Virus record (IMG/VR): IMGVR_UViG_2911013136_000002
Length of the DNA: 64,000 nt
DNA from: an uncultured virus (IMG/VR IMGVR_UViG_2911013136_000002)
Taxonomy: Duplodnaviria > Heunggongvirae > Uroviricota > Caudoviricetes
Direction: 5' to 3' (one strand)
Positions 28,801 through 38,539 of the stretch are shown here, piece after piece. The notes under the pieces were generated by a model, which saw nothing but the letters and a program-made list of their open reading frames with translations, did not search any database and was not told the origin of the DNA. Each line of letters opens with the position of its first letter. Within the stretch, counting starts at the first letter, position 1. Both the position numbers and the translations under genes were made by a program.

Positions 28801-31467
28801 TGGAAAGCCCATACGGAAGAAGTTCTCAAGAAAACAGCTGATTTCTCAGAAAAAACGAAATCTCAATATCAGAAAGACCTTGCTGCGTTTCTACAGTCAA
28901 TGGGTATGACCAGACAGCAAGCTGTAAAAACGGCCGAACAAATGGTCAATGAAACGCTTGCTGAAATGAAAAAAGGAAACAAAGAAGCAGAAAAAGCAGG
29001 TAAAGATAAAGGAGATTCACATAAAAAAGGCATAGAAAGTACAGTTGATGACAATAAAAAAGCTGGCGAGAAGGTTTCAAAGAACACCGATGAAGGTTTA
29101 TCACAAAACAAACCAAATGCTCAGAAACACGGCAAGGATAAGGGCGACAACCACAGAAAAGGTGTAGAAAGCATAGCTGGGGCGAATAAAAGCGCAGGGG
29201 CAAAAGTATCTAAATCAACTGATGAAGGATTGTCGCAAGGTAAAGGCGACGCACAAAAGCATGGTACAGATAAAGGTACAAAACACGGACAGGGATTAAA
29301 ATCAACCGAAGGTAGTAATAAATCTATCGCAAGTGCCATAAGCTCATTTGTTTCCAAAATACTTGGAAGTACAACAGACGGCGGTGGCGGAAAGAAAGCA
29401 GGATCGACTTTTGCAAGTGGGTTGTCTTCACAAAAAGGAAATGCTCAATCCGCCGGTAGCAGTGTGTCAAGTGCAGCGGAGAAGGGCCTCAAGAGCCATG
29501 ATGGAAGAGATGCTGGTGAGGGATTTGTTTCCGGATTTATAAATGCGATCTTATCAAAAAATGGAAGCGTTTGGAGTGTAGCGTGGAATCTTGGAAAAAC
29601 TGCGCTTTCGGCGTTGAAAAAAGCCATCGATTCACATTCACCGTCAAAGGAAACTGAAAAAGAAGGAAAGAACTTTACTGAAGGATTTGCTATCGGAGTG
29701 ACAAAACAGTCTAGATCTGCTACAAATGCTGCCAAAAAGATGGCGAACGCAACAATACAAGAGTTAATGCAGACCACGCGACAAATGTCAGACGTACTTG
29801 TACCTGATTACAGAAAAGCCATTCAAATCAGCGATTGGCAGCGAAGAGAAATGACCAAGATTGCAAAACTTGGTGCTGCTGAACGTGTACAAGCAGTGGA
29901 AAGTTGGATTTCCAAGCAACGTGAACTTGAAAACATTATTGCTAAAGACGAAGTTGCTATTTGGGACTACGTGTTAAAGAATTTTAAATTAAACGCAGAG
30001 GAACGCAAACGAGTTTCTCTTAAACTGCGTGATGCCAAGAGGGCAGTCGATCAAGAGATTTTTGAAAGTGAGAAAAAGTGGATTGAGGAACGGAAACGCC
30101 TCAATCAGTTGTCGTTGCTGGAAGAACTTCGCGCGTGGGAGCAAGTGGCACAACGATGGGCGGAAGGCAGCCAAAAACGTGCGGAGGCAGAGGAGAATAT
30201 TTATCGCATCAAAAAAGAAATCAACGATAAGCTCTTAAAAGCGAACAACGAATATGCCCAACAAGTAAAAGAAATAAATGAACGACTATACCAAGACGAG
30301 TTGAAAGCTCGTGAAGAATACGAAACAAAAGTAAAAGAGATCAACAACCGTCTCGCAGAAGAAGAAAGAAAACTGACGGAAGAATACGAGAAAGCCGTTG
30401 AAAATCGCACGAAATCGTTGTATAGCTTCGCAGGGTTGTTTGATGAATTCAAACGGAAAAACGACGTAACCGGCCAAGGTCTGCTAAAAAATCTTTCTGA
30501 CCAAGTCAATGCGTTCAAAGATTGGCAAGCCAATATCGCTTCTCTTGCAGCAAGAGGAATTGATGAAGGATTGCTGCAAGAATTGAAGGATATGGGTCCT
30601 AAAGCCGTTGACGAGATATCCGCGTTGAACTCTCTTTCTGATGAAGAGTTGCAGCAATACGTTCAGTTGTGGCGCGAGAAAAATGCTCTTGCGAAGACTC
30701 AAGCGATCAGTGAACTTGAGGGCATGCGTCAGCAAACACAAGCGAAAATTCAACAGCTACGCTATACTGCGAGCATTGAGCTTGAGCAAGTGAAAATAGA
30801 ATACAATAACAAAATAGCCGAGTTACGCGCGCAGGCAAATGCACAGTTAGAACAACATAAAAATGAATGGATTATTAAAATTAAAGAAATCAGCGAGGGA
30901 ACGAAGAACGAACTTAACCTTATGACAGCAAGCATGGCTGACATAGGGAAAAACACCGTACAAGGGCTCATCGATGGGTTGAATTCGATGATTGGACCTT
31001 TACAGCAAAAAGCGAGAGAAATCGCCAATATCGTCGAGAGTACGATGAAAACCACGCTCAAAATTAAGTCGCCTTCGCAAAGAATGAGGGACGAAGTAGG
31101 GCGCTGGATTCCTGCTGGTATCATAGAGGGTATGATACAAAATATTGGAAGCGTTGCATCGGCTGCAAAACAATTGGCGCTTGCTGCTATGCCCGATTTT
31201 TCGTCTGTTGCTTCTACGATCAGTAATGCTGCTGAAGCAATACGAATAAATAGTGGTACTTTAACAGTTAAAAACATAGTTCAAACACCTAAATTAGAAG
31301 AGAAATTAGAAAAATTATTATCATTTCTCGAGAAAAATTCAAACAACAATGTCTCCAGACATGGAAACGTCCATATCGATGTCACGATCCCAGTAAACGA
31401 TTTACTGCAGATTCAAACAGTGGTCGACTTTTTCAACCGTCTCGGAATGAAAGTTAGACAGGCGTAA
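25882..31467 (+). CDS. Tail tape measure protein
   Basis: 1861 aa, coiled-coil and Ala/Gly-rich, TP901-type core, SHSPS and IKSPS motifs. Confidence 0.95.
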   Translation: MAKDIRVRLYSNSKEFNSEMSALAKQMKVVKSEFAATRTSVEVWGDALKQSEAKIQYLTKQIELQKQKVDQLKKAYEDAATKKGQDATETQNLAKRLNYATAELNKMQNELTQTNQKLNEFKENQSIKQFENDIKSLSLAMQKVDAEFKVASSAAENFGNDLKQAGLQIQSLNQKIELQQQVVSRLEDEYRRVAQAKGQDANETKQLAIRLDEAKAELNALQNELTQTTQKLNQMEREVAKQSTVWGKFTSNMDTIGNKMQHIGGSVAITAGAGFATLSFAMKDAVSVGMEFGKQVSRVGAISDATAEQIQQLKDQALDLGAKTTKSATEVAQAQEQLAASGFKVNEIIAAMPGVIAAAEASGEDMATVSEIMAAAIRGFGLEASKSAHIADVFAMAANRSNASILDMGYSFKYAAPIAKQLGMSVEELAAATVVMRDRGMAAEQIGTSLRMGLTRLIAPTDEAAGVMKQLGINIKDAEGKMLPLDQVIRVLRDSTKNLTQEQKMNAFQTIFGTEAMTGFLNLVDAGPQQIAELTQALRESDGASQKAAATMKDNLAGAVDNMNGALETAKIKLTEALTPALEGAVNSVTKLIEKWNSLDSGTQEVIAKTGALGVAIMGVVGVVGTLTAAVGALMAFSGPIGLAIVGVTAALGALGLGLFAAHEKTEQLRKKQEEAERQAIRYGEGLSAGTKKAVQGYTDLYEGAKLKMVELQTMSGEKARATSKEVVDAFSKMADQVIAALQTQKTKLINAINDVYGIAGDAGKKRAEQVGNDIIKKFDKDIAEYKKALDTLKEAHEKYNNDLSRMPADFAKRYQEALKVMEGGVREFAQSQKELQAIQKSITDKQGKILFDEAEGYVKRINETYKKSVEAANKYYSDKQKLFEQALAQGRMELKDYNELMAGVEAQTNQMLSQAAQEREKALSNLASHLDQRGKLIDIATGKIFERQKKFLTDMNGFIVQVEESDEEYIERWKAHTEEVLKKTADFSEKTKSQYQKDLAAFLQSMGMTRQQAVKTAEQMVNETLAEMKKGNKEAEKAGKDKGDSHKKGIESTVDDNKKAGEKVSKNTDEGLSQNKPNAQKHGKDKGDNHRKGVESIAGANKSAGAKVSKSTDEGLSQGKGDAQKHGTDKGTKHGQGLKSTEGSNKSIASAISSFVSKILGSTTDGGGGKKAGSTFASGLSSQKGNAQSAGSSVSSAAEKGLKSHDGRDAGEGFVSGFINAILSKNGSVWSVAWNLGKTALSALKKAIDSHSPSKETEKEGKNFTEGFAIGVTKQSRSATNAAKKMANATIQELMQTTRQMSDVLVPDYRKAIQISDWQRREMTKIAKLGAAERVQAVESWISKQRELENIIAKDEVAIWDYVLKNFKLNAEERKRVSLKLRDAKRAVDQEIFESEKKWIEERKRLNQLSLLEELRAWEQVAQRWAEGSQKRAEAEENIYRIKKEINDKLLKANNEYAQQVKEINERLYQDELKAREEYETKVKEINNRLAEEERKLTEEYEKAVENRTKSLYSFAGLFDEFKRKNDVTGQGLLKNLSDQVNAFKDWQANIASLAARGIDEGLLQELKDMGPKAVDEISALNSLSDEELQQYVQLWREKNALAKTQAISELEGMRQQTQAKIQQLRYTASIELEQVKIEYNNKIAELRAQANAQLEQHKNEWIIKIKEISEGTKNELNLMTASMADIGKNTVQGLIDGLNSMIGPLQQKAREIANIVESTMKTTLKIKSPSQRMRDEVGRWIPAGIIEGMIQNIGSVASAAKQLALAAMPDFSSVASTISNAAEAIRINSGTLTVKNIVQTPKLEEKLEKLLSFLEKNSNNNVSRHGNVHIDVTIPVNDLLQIQTVVDFFNRLGMKVRQA

Positions 31468-31483
31468 GGAGGGAGGTGTATTT

Positions 31484-34297
31484 ATGCCAACTCAAAATTT
31501 CAGAGTCGGGGAAATGCTGAATAAGCGCACCCGGAACTCAAAAACATGGATAAACTTCGATGGTTCATATACAACAGAGATTTATCCATACGATATTCAC
31601 TACCAAGATGAAAATGGCAATTGGCACAACATTAACACTGACTTGTACGATGAAGCTGACCTTGACCAAATCGACTTTCCTGTTGCAAAAGAAGGCGCGG
31701 ATGTGTTCCGTGTCATGAAAGACGCGGCGCAACGAATGAAAAAGAAAAACATTCTTGACCGTGATATGACGGACTATCAGGGATTGAAGGTGCCATTTGA
31801 CTGTCGGATTCCAAAAAACTTTAAACGGGGGTATACGATCGGGAAAGGGTCGACCAAGCTGCGATTCATCCCGGTCGGAGCCAGCCCGGCGAAAGGTTAT
31901 CTGGAGGAAGGAAAGAAGAACTGTGTTCACTATCAAGACGCATGGAATGACACGGATGTTTGTCTTGAAGTTATGCCGAACGGTGTAAAAGAGACGATCA
32001 TTCTAAAGAGTGACCGTGCGCCTTTTTCTTTTTCATTTGAGGTGGATGGCCCGTTAGAGGATGATTTGACAGCCGGAAATTTAAAACTACAACCCGCATG
32101 GTTACAAGATGCTAACGGGGAAAAGAGAGATGTATCGCAAACGGTAAGGCGTGAAGGGGATAAAACGTTCGTTGATTTAGAAGCCGATGTTACGGGGCTA
32201 ACCTACCCGATTGAGATTGACCCTACCGTAACAGCATCCTCTGCCGGTGCAGAAGCGTATATCAGTTCAAACAATCCTAATGGTCGGACTTATAATAGTG
32301 GTTCCGCTATGTCTGGTTATGATTACACCGGAACTGAATCGAGGGCATATTTCCGTTACGATACGTCAAGCATCCCATCTGACGCAATAATTACTAATTC
32401 AAGTTTTTCTATTACTTACACATCACAATATGAAGGTTCTGGAGCAGTGCATGAAGTTCACTATTTAGGTTCTGGTGTAGACCCTAGTACTGTTACATGG
32501 AATAATATGGCGTCATCTTACAATAATAAAGTTGGTTCTTTTTCGTCTGCAGGCACATCAGCTAATACTAGAATAACCATACCATTAACTTTACCGTCAA
32601 AAGTTGGTTCTTATACGGCTATTGGCGTAAAGAGAAGTGCAGTTCCAGCTCAATACCCTAAATATATATTTATATTAGGTTATTCTGGAGTTTCGACTAG
32701 TGACTATCCAACATTGACAATTACATATAACAGACTCCCAACCGCCCCAACCGTCACAAGCCCAAACGGCGGGGAAACGTGGAACGCGCAGCACACAATT
32801 ACTTGGAATCCGTCAACTGACGCAGAGACGGCACAAGGATCTTTACGGTATCAAATTCAACTCACAACTGACAACAGACAAACTTGGAAAGACATCGTTC
32901 CTTTAACACCACCGGGCGCAACATCATTTGAGTATGATTTTACCAACGAACCGGAAACTTCACTTGCAAAAATCCGAATCCGTGCTTATGACGGCACATC
33001 ATACGGCCCGTGGGATGAGAGCGATGGTGTCTTCACGATACAGCATAACGTTGCGCCGACTGTGCCAACGAATCTTTCACCAAGTGGAGGAACACCGAAA
33101 GACCGTGGTTCCGTGATTCGTCTATCTTGGCAACACAACGATGCAAACGGTGATCCGCAAGCACAATTCGATTTACAATGGCGGAAACAAGGGGATACAA
33201 CGTGGAATGATGTTAGCCAAGTAACGACGAATCAGTATTGGGACGCTCCAGCTGGTACATTCCCGAAAGGAACAATCGAATGGCGTGTAAGAACATATGA
33301 CCAAGCATGGTTATCAAGCCCGTATTCTGACATCCAAGCCTTTTTTGCAGGAGACAAGCCAGCGAATCCAACGATTATTGACCCTGCTAATGGTGCAATC
33401 GTTCCTGTTGCGAATCCAACTGTTCAATGGAGTTCTGTTGGGCAAACTGCTTATCATGTGAAGGTGTTGGACGGCAACGACAATTTATTGTGGGAACTTC
33501 AAGCAAACAGTACGAACAAAGCTCAAACGGTACTGTACGATTTGCAAAATAACACTGACTACAAAATTCAAGTGGCGATTAAAAATGCGGACAATTTGTG
33601 GTCGGATTTTGTAACGTCAAACATTCATGTTTCCTACACGCCGCCAGCAGTACCGATTGTTACAACTACAAAAGGAGAAGGGATTATTATTGTTTCGATT
33701 GATAACCCGACACCAACCGGAACGGAGCCGAATGTGTCTTACAACGACTTATATCGCCGGAAACAAGGCGAAACAACGTGGACACGAATCGCAACTAACA
33801 TACCGGCGGATGCTTCTTTTATCGATTACACTCCTGCATCTGGACAAGTTTATGAATACTTTGTGCGTGCATGGGGCGACAACGGAACATATTCAGATAG
33901 CTCTGTGGTGAGCAAATCCATTTCATTGACTGGTGTATGGCTTCACGAAGCGGACAATCCTTTAGAAACACTGCACCAATTCAAACTCGTGAGTGATCGC
34001 AGCGAAAACTGGCAACCTACTGCGGCAATGATGCAATTTGCTGGTCGCAGGCTTCCAATCGCTGAATACGACGATACAGAGCAACGTTCTGTCAGCGTGA
34101 AGATAACCGTATTGAAAAATAGTGATGATCGAGAAGCTATTGAAAGGTTGATTCGTTCAAAAAATACACTTTGCTACCGTGATGCTAGAGGTAGAAAAAT
34201 GTTCTGTCATGCATTCCAATTGCCGGTCGATGATGAGACATATGGAAACACTGTCAGCCTCACGTTTGAAGAAGTATCGTACACGGAGGAAGTATAG
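31484..34297 (+). CDS. Multidomain distal tail/adsorption protein (WapA-like N-terminus, DNRLRE-like, Fn3-like repeats, Dit-like C-terminus)
   Basis: Follows the TMP; KRTRNSKT...DGSYTTEIY...IHYQD, YPIEIDPT, SRAYFRYD, SPNGGETW, LCYRDARGRK. Confidence 0.7.
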   Translation: MPTQNFRVGEMLNKRTRNSKTWINFDGSYTTEIYPYDIHYQDENGNWHNINTDLYDEADLDQIDFPVAKEGADVFRVMKDAAQRMKKKNILDRDMTDYQGLKVPFDCRIPKNFKRGYTIGKGSTKLRFIPVGASPAKGYLEEGKKNCVHYQDAWNDTDVCLEVMPNGVKETIILKSDRAPFSFSFEVDGPLEDDLTAGNLKLQPAWLQDANGEKRDVSQTVRREGDKTFVDLEADVTGLTYPIEIDPTVTASSAGAEAYISSNNPNGRTYNSGSAMSGYDYTGTESRAYFRYDTSSIPSDAIITNSSFSITYTSQYEGSGAVHEVHYLGSGVDPSTVTWNNMASSYNNKVGSFSSAGTSANTRITIPLTLPSKVGSYTAIGVKRSAVPAQYPKYIFILGYSGVSTSDYPTLTITYNRLPTAPTVTSPNGGETWNAQHTITWNPSTDAETAQGSLRYQIQLTTDNRQTWKDIVPLTPPGATSFEYDFTNEPETSLAKIRIRAYDGTSYGPWDESDGVFTIQHNVAPTVPTNLSPSGGTPKDRGSVIRLSWQHNDANGDPQAQFDLQWRKQGDTTWNDVSQVTTNQYWDAPAGTFPKGTIEWRVRTYDQAWLSSPYSDIQAFFAGDKPANPTIIDPANGAIVPVANPTVQWSSVGQTAYHVKVLDGNDNLLWELQANSTNKAQTVLYDLQNNTDYKIQVAIKNADNLWSDFVTSNIHVSYTPPAVPIVTTTKGEGIIIVSIDNPTPTGTEPNVSYNDLYRRKQGETTWTRIATNIPADASFIDYTPASGQVYEYFVRAWGDNGTYSDSSVVSKSISLTGVWLHEADNPLETLHQFKLVSDRSENWQPTAAMMQFAGRRLPIAEYDDTEQRSVSVKITVLKNSDDREAIERLIRSKNTLCYRDARGRKMFCHAFQLPVDDETYGNTVSLTFEEVSYTEEV

Positions 34298-34299
34298 AC

Positions 34300-35409
34300 A
34301 TGTTGTCGTTAGCCAACTATCCTTATTCACGGCAGGAAATCATCGATGCGTTGCATGGAAAATACGGTCAAAGGCATTTCAAGTTTCGGTATGATTTGCT
34401 AGATATGAATGACAACAAAATCGGAGAATTGGATTCAGTTGTAGATGGGGAAGTCAGTATGGCTTCCCTTGATTCAATTAAACGGACAGCAAGGTTCAAG
34501 ATAAAAGACAAAGGTGACATCAATTGGCTAACTGACCGTATTCAGCCTTTTGCTCTTTTGAGAATGAGAGACGGGAAATATATCGAGTTTCCACTCGGTA
34601 TTTTTCTTTTGTCGAGTCCAACGAGGAAGGACGAAAACAAATCGGTGTATCGTGATGTAGAAGCATACGACGGTTTACTGATTTTGCGAGATGACAAGTT
34701 TGACACTCGCTATACGATTCCAGCAGGCACGAACTATCGGCAAGCGGTCATCGATATTCTTGCGAGTGCTGGCATAACAAAGCATAATATCGAGCAAACA
34801 GACAAGGTGCTACCTGTCGATGTGGAATTTGAGCCAGGAAAGGAAAAATTAAAAGCAATCAATGAGCTACTAACGGCCATCAACTATACACCTCTCCATG
34901 TCGATGTGTATGGATACTTCACTAGCATGACATATCGTAGTCCTTCCATCCGCACGGCGGAATACACATACAAGGATGACGAATTATCTATAATTTATGC
35001 TGGTATGGAAGAGGAATTGGACCTTTTCAATGTACCAAACAAATGGGTAGTCATATGCTCGAACGCGGAGCAGTCACTGATGTCATCGTACACTAACAGC
35101 AACCCGAACAGTCCGACAAGTACCGTAAATCGAGGTCGCACGATCGTTGACTATCGGGAAGTGACAGACATTGCCGATCAGCAATCTTTGGATGCTTATG
35201 TCCAGCGCATTGCTTTTGAAGCGTCGCAAGTATATGGAAAACTGACGTTTGAAACGGCGCTAAATCCGTTGCATGACTACATGGACGTATTGGAGGTTGA
35301 CTATTCGCCTCTCGGTATCAAAGGCAAGTATGTTGAAACCGGATGGACAATGCCACTCAAAGCAGGTGCTCGAATGAAGCACGAAGTCCGCAAGGTGGTG
35401 TCTATATGA
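34300..35409 (+). CDS. Tail hub/baseplate protein
   Basis: IKRTARF, PLGIF, SPTSTVNRGRTI; position. Confidence 0.7.
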   Translation: MLSLANYPYSRQEIIDALHGKYGQRHFKFRYDLLDMNDNKIGELDSVVDGEVSMASLDSIKRTARFKIKDKGDINWLTDRIQPFALLRMRDGKYIEFPLGIFLLSSPTRKDENKSVYRDVEAYDGLLILRDDKFDTRYTIPAGTNYRQAVIDILASAGITKHNIEQTDKVLPVDVEFEPGKEKLKAINELLTAINYTPLHVDVYGYFTSMTYRSPSIRTAEYTYKDDELSIIYAGMEEELDLFNVPNKWVVICSNAEQSLMSSYTNSNPNSPTSTVNRGRTIVDYREVTDIADQQSLDAYVQRIAFEASQVYGKLTFETALNPLHDYMDVLEVDYSPLGIKGKYVETGWTMPLKAGARMKHEVRKVVSI

Positions 35410-35633
35410 TAGACCACGAGTTTTTTATTTCTGCATTCATGAACCCAAAACAAGAGAAAATCATTCAATTCGCGAGAGTGGATCCGAATTACACAAGTGG
35501 TCGCCCTCGTTTGATTTTTGACGGGGAAAGTACGGTGTCCGGCAAGGCGTATCCGTATTTGTCGTCGTATACACCTCAACCGAATGACAGAGTGATGGTA
35601 GTCAAAGGTGTTGTTGTAGGGAAAATTGTCTAG
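35406..35633 (+). CDS. Small tail protein
   Basis: PRLIFDGE...YPYLSSYTPQPNDRV. Confidence 0.65.
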   Translation: MIDHEFFISAFMNPKQEKIIQFARVDPNYTSGRPRLIFDGESTVSGKAYPYLSSYTPQPNDRVMVVKGVVVGKIV

Positions 35634-35647
35634 AAAGGTGTGATTCG

Positions 35648-35866
35648 ATGGAACAACGTGTTGCAAAACTAGAAGCAGATGTGACGATGCTTCGTGATGA
35701 CATGGTCGACGTTAAAACTCGTTTAGCGGTGGCGGAATCAAACATTAAAGACATGCGTGAAGATATTTCAGCGATCAAAAGCAACACAACATGGATTTTG
35801 CGTTTAATTATCGGCGGTATTGTAGGAGCGTTACTCACTTTTATCATTCAAGGAGGCGTTCAATGA
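35648..35866 (+). CDS. XhlA-family lysis protein
   Basis: Coiled coil followed by TTWILRLIIGGIV TM segment. Confidence 0.8.
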   Translation: MEQRVAKLEADVTMLRDDMVDVKTRLAVAESNIKDMREDISAIKSNTTWILRLIIGGIVGALLTFIIQGGVQ

Positions 35867-36120
35867 TGGAAACTATTCTTTCGATTGAATTTACGGCATA
35901 TGTAGCGTTTGCTTTCCTGCTTTATGCGATTCGCCAAGCGTCCAACCTTCCTAACCGTTATATCCCGATTGTTGCAGCTGTACTTGGCGTTGCTTTCTCC
36001 ATTTTAGAGAGCAGCGCTTTTTCTTTTGATGTGCTAATTAACGGTTTGCGATATGCCTTATATGGCATCGGTACGGTAGCGACAATCAAATATGCATTAG
36101 AGAAAGGGGAGGATAGATAA
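35863..36120 (+). CDS. Holin
   Basis: Three hydrophobic segments, NRYIPIV; precedes the amidase. Confidence 0.75.
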   Translation: MMETILSIEFTAYVAFAFLLYAIRQASNLPNRYIPIVAAVLGVAFSILESSAFSFDVLINGLRYALYGIGTVATIKYALEKGEDR

Positions 36121-36815
36121 TGGTACGTATCGTTCTTGACGCTGGACATGGTGGTCACGATCCTGGCGCAGTGGCTAACGGCTTGAGGGAGAAAGACCTT
36201 ACACTTGCGATCGTGAAGCACATCGGGCGTATGCTCGCCGAATACGAAGGGGTGGAATTACATTACACCCGTACCGATGACCGATTCATAGAATTATGTG
36301 AACGTGCAGAGATCGCGAACAAATTGAAAGCGGATTTCTTTATTTCCGTCCATATCAACGCCGGTGGCGGAACCGGATTCGAAAGTTATGTATATAACGG
36401 TGGTGTCAGCGCGGCAACGATTGCTTATCAAAATGTGATTCATCAAGAAATCATGAAGGCGATTGGCGGAGTGCAAGACCGTGGCAAAAAACGCGCGGAC
36501 TATGCGGTACTACGTGAAACGCATATGCCGGCTATCTTGACGGAAAACTTGTTCATCGACAATAAAAATGACGCAGCAAAATTGAAATCCGAACAGTTCA
36601 TGCTTCAAATTGCATATGGTCATGTGGTTGGTCTTGAGAAAGCATTAGGATTAAAAAAGAAAGAGAATATAACAGTTCAACAACAAGTAAACCAACCGTC
36701 AAATAGAGGGCTGTTTAAAGTCCAAATTGGAGCCTTCTCATCAGAAGACAACGCCAAACGATTAGCGAGAGAAGCTAAGAGGAAAGGCTTTAATGTTTAT
36801 ATCGTTAAAGAATAG
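36120..36815 (+). CDS. Endolysin, N-acetylmuramoyl-L-alanine amidase (Amidase_3 + SPOR)
   Basis: LDAGHGGHDPGA, SVHINAGGG, ILTEN, FKVQIGAF. Confidence 0.95.
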   Translation: MVRIVLDAGHGGHDPGAVANGLREKDLTLAIVKHIGRMLAEYEGVELHYTRTDDRFIELCERAEIANKLKADFFISVHINAGGGTGFESYVYNGGVSAATIAYQNVIHQEIMKAIGGVQDRGKKRADYAVLRETHMPAILTENLFIDNKNDAAKLKSEQFMLQIAYGHVVGLEKALGLKKKENITVQQQVNQPSNRGLFKVQIGAFSSEDNAKRLAREAKRKGFNVYIVKE

Positions 36816-36941
36816 AGAGCCTACTCAACATTACAGAGTAGGCTTTTTTGTAATTTTTTTAAACTAAAAATAGCCCCTTTTCTTTAAAAAATGTATAAGT
36901 TATTTTAATATTTGAAGAAAAATGGATAAGAGGGGGATTTT

Positions 36942-37838
36942 ATGGGTACAAAGAAAATTAACTTTGATTATTTTAAAGTATATGGACGTTGGTTTGAAAG
37001 AAATGAAAATGTTGAAAGGGAAGGATTATTTGACCTTAGTCCTATATTAGAACAGGCAGAAAATATTGAAATACCTGATCGAACATATTCATTTTATAAT
37101 GATAGTGCTAGACTTCAAAATTTAGGTAAGAGAGGGGATTTATGGGCCCTACATTTTGTTCGAATGAGAAAAGATGATTCTGTTTCAATAACAACTGAAG
37201 ATGGTGATTTAGATTTTCTGGAATTAGAAGAAGGTCAATATTTAGGTGAAGAAGTTTCGGCGCTTTACGATCCTAGTAACCAAGTAATAATGATTCAAAG
37301 GAACCGATACAGCTTGTCACCATCAGGAATTGCTCATTATTTTAACCAAGCATATAATGAGCCAGGACTACATATATTTCTGAAACCAATTGTTAGTCCG
37401 GAAGCGCTTGACCGAATTGATAGCGATGATCTATTTAGAGGAATAGAAATAAGTATTGCAGATTTTAAAAATGCTACAGATGATGTGAAAAAAACTTTAA
37501 CAGGACTAACCCGAAACATTGAAGAAACACCAGACCCAGTGAATGTTAAGATTATTTTAAGCTTAGATAGAAAGTCTAAAAAAAGTAGTAGTATAAAAGG
37601 AATCTATGATTTATTAAATAAATTTTCAAAAGATGAGAATGTAAAAAAGATGGAAATTAGAAAAAAAGATGATGAGGAATCTCCAGTTGAAAAATTTGAT
37701 TTAATCGAGGATCGTTTAGGAGACCATGCCTACTTTAAAATAGACAGAGAAAACCCTTTGGAACATGATAAGTTAATAAACAAAATGATTGAATTATATC
37801 GAGGCCGCAAGGAATATATAGACCAAATAACCATTTAA
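36942..37838 (+). CDS. AT-rich moron protein (possibly DUF6731-like)
   Basis: 298 aa; YLGEEVSALYD...MIQRNRYSLSPSG. Family assignment is from memory. Confidence 0.6.
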   Translation: MGTKKINFDYFKVYGRWFERNENVEREGLFDLSPILEQAENIEIPDRTYSFYNDSARLQNLGKRGDLWALHFVRMRKDDSVSITTEDGDLDFLELEEGQYLGEEVSALYDPSNQVIMIQRNRYSLSPSGIAHYFNQAYNEPGLHIFLKPIVSPEALDRIDSDDLFRGIEISIADFKNATDDVKKTLTGLTRNIEETPDPVNVKIILSLDRKSKKSSSIKGIYDLLNKFSKDENVKKMEIRKKDDEESPVEKFDLIEDRLGDHAYFKIDRENPLEHDKLINKMIELYRGRKEYIDQITI

Positions 37839-37854
37839 TAAAGGTCGTGATAAA

Positions 37855-38379
37855 ATGAGGATTTTCGAGAGGATTTATCCAATTGGAATTTCAATTATAT
37901 TTGCCATTATTATTTATAATCAACATATTACATTTAATATCATCCCGAAAATTGAACCAGTACTTAATTCTGTTGTAACTGTAAGCTCAATTGTAATCGG
38001 CTTTTTAGCAGCAATGGTGTCGATTCTAATTGCTATCACTAATAGCAAAGTGATGAAACGTATTAGAGAAGGTAAAGCTGAACATTTATTAACATGTTAT
38101 ATTCGAGAAGCAATTATTTCTGGAATATTATTAGCTTTAGGTTCGACAATCGCATATTTATTTGTAGATTACGATGGTAAGAAAGCAGATCTAATATTTT
38201 CAGTTTGGTTTTTTATGGTTATTCATTTTTTACTCTCATCATTCAGAATATTAAATATAATGCTGAATATTCTTTCCACGATTCCTAAAGAATATAAAGA
38301 ACATGAAAAAAAAGATTCAAAGATGGTTTATACACCAAAAAAAGAAAATGCTTTTAAAAAAGATAACACCACTTCTTGA
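37855..38379 (+). CDS. Multi-TM membrane protein, partner of 36942
   Basis: About 4 hydrophobic helices; SIVIGFLAAMVSIL. Confidence 0.75.
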   Translation: MRIFERIYPIGISIIFAIIIYNQHITFNIIPKIEPVLNSVVTVSSIVIGFLAAMVSILIAITNSKVMKRIREGKAEHLLTCYIREAIISGILLALGSTIAYLFVDYDGKKADLIFSVWFFMVIHFLLSSFRILNIMLNILSTIPKEYKEHEKKDSKMVYTPKKENAFKKDNTTS

Positions 38380-38539
38380 AAATTACCCAAACCTACTAGT
38401 GAGCCCTTTTATTTCAGATTCATCAGCGGTGTACAAGGAATAGGATGTTCTAAACAACTGCCTATCTTAGTTGGTAGGCTCTTTTTTATGCAATCCACAT
38501 TGGAATTATACCCTGCCTTCTGGCAGGGCTTTTTTATTT

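Noticed and set aside
28990..29340. 44-aa repeats in the tape measure protein
   Set aside because: Periodic repeats are ordinary for TMPs.
26296..31277. Many minus-strand ORFs over the TMP and other long genes
   Set aside because: Shadow ORFs with no RBS or recognisable motifs.
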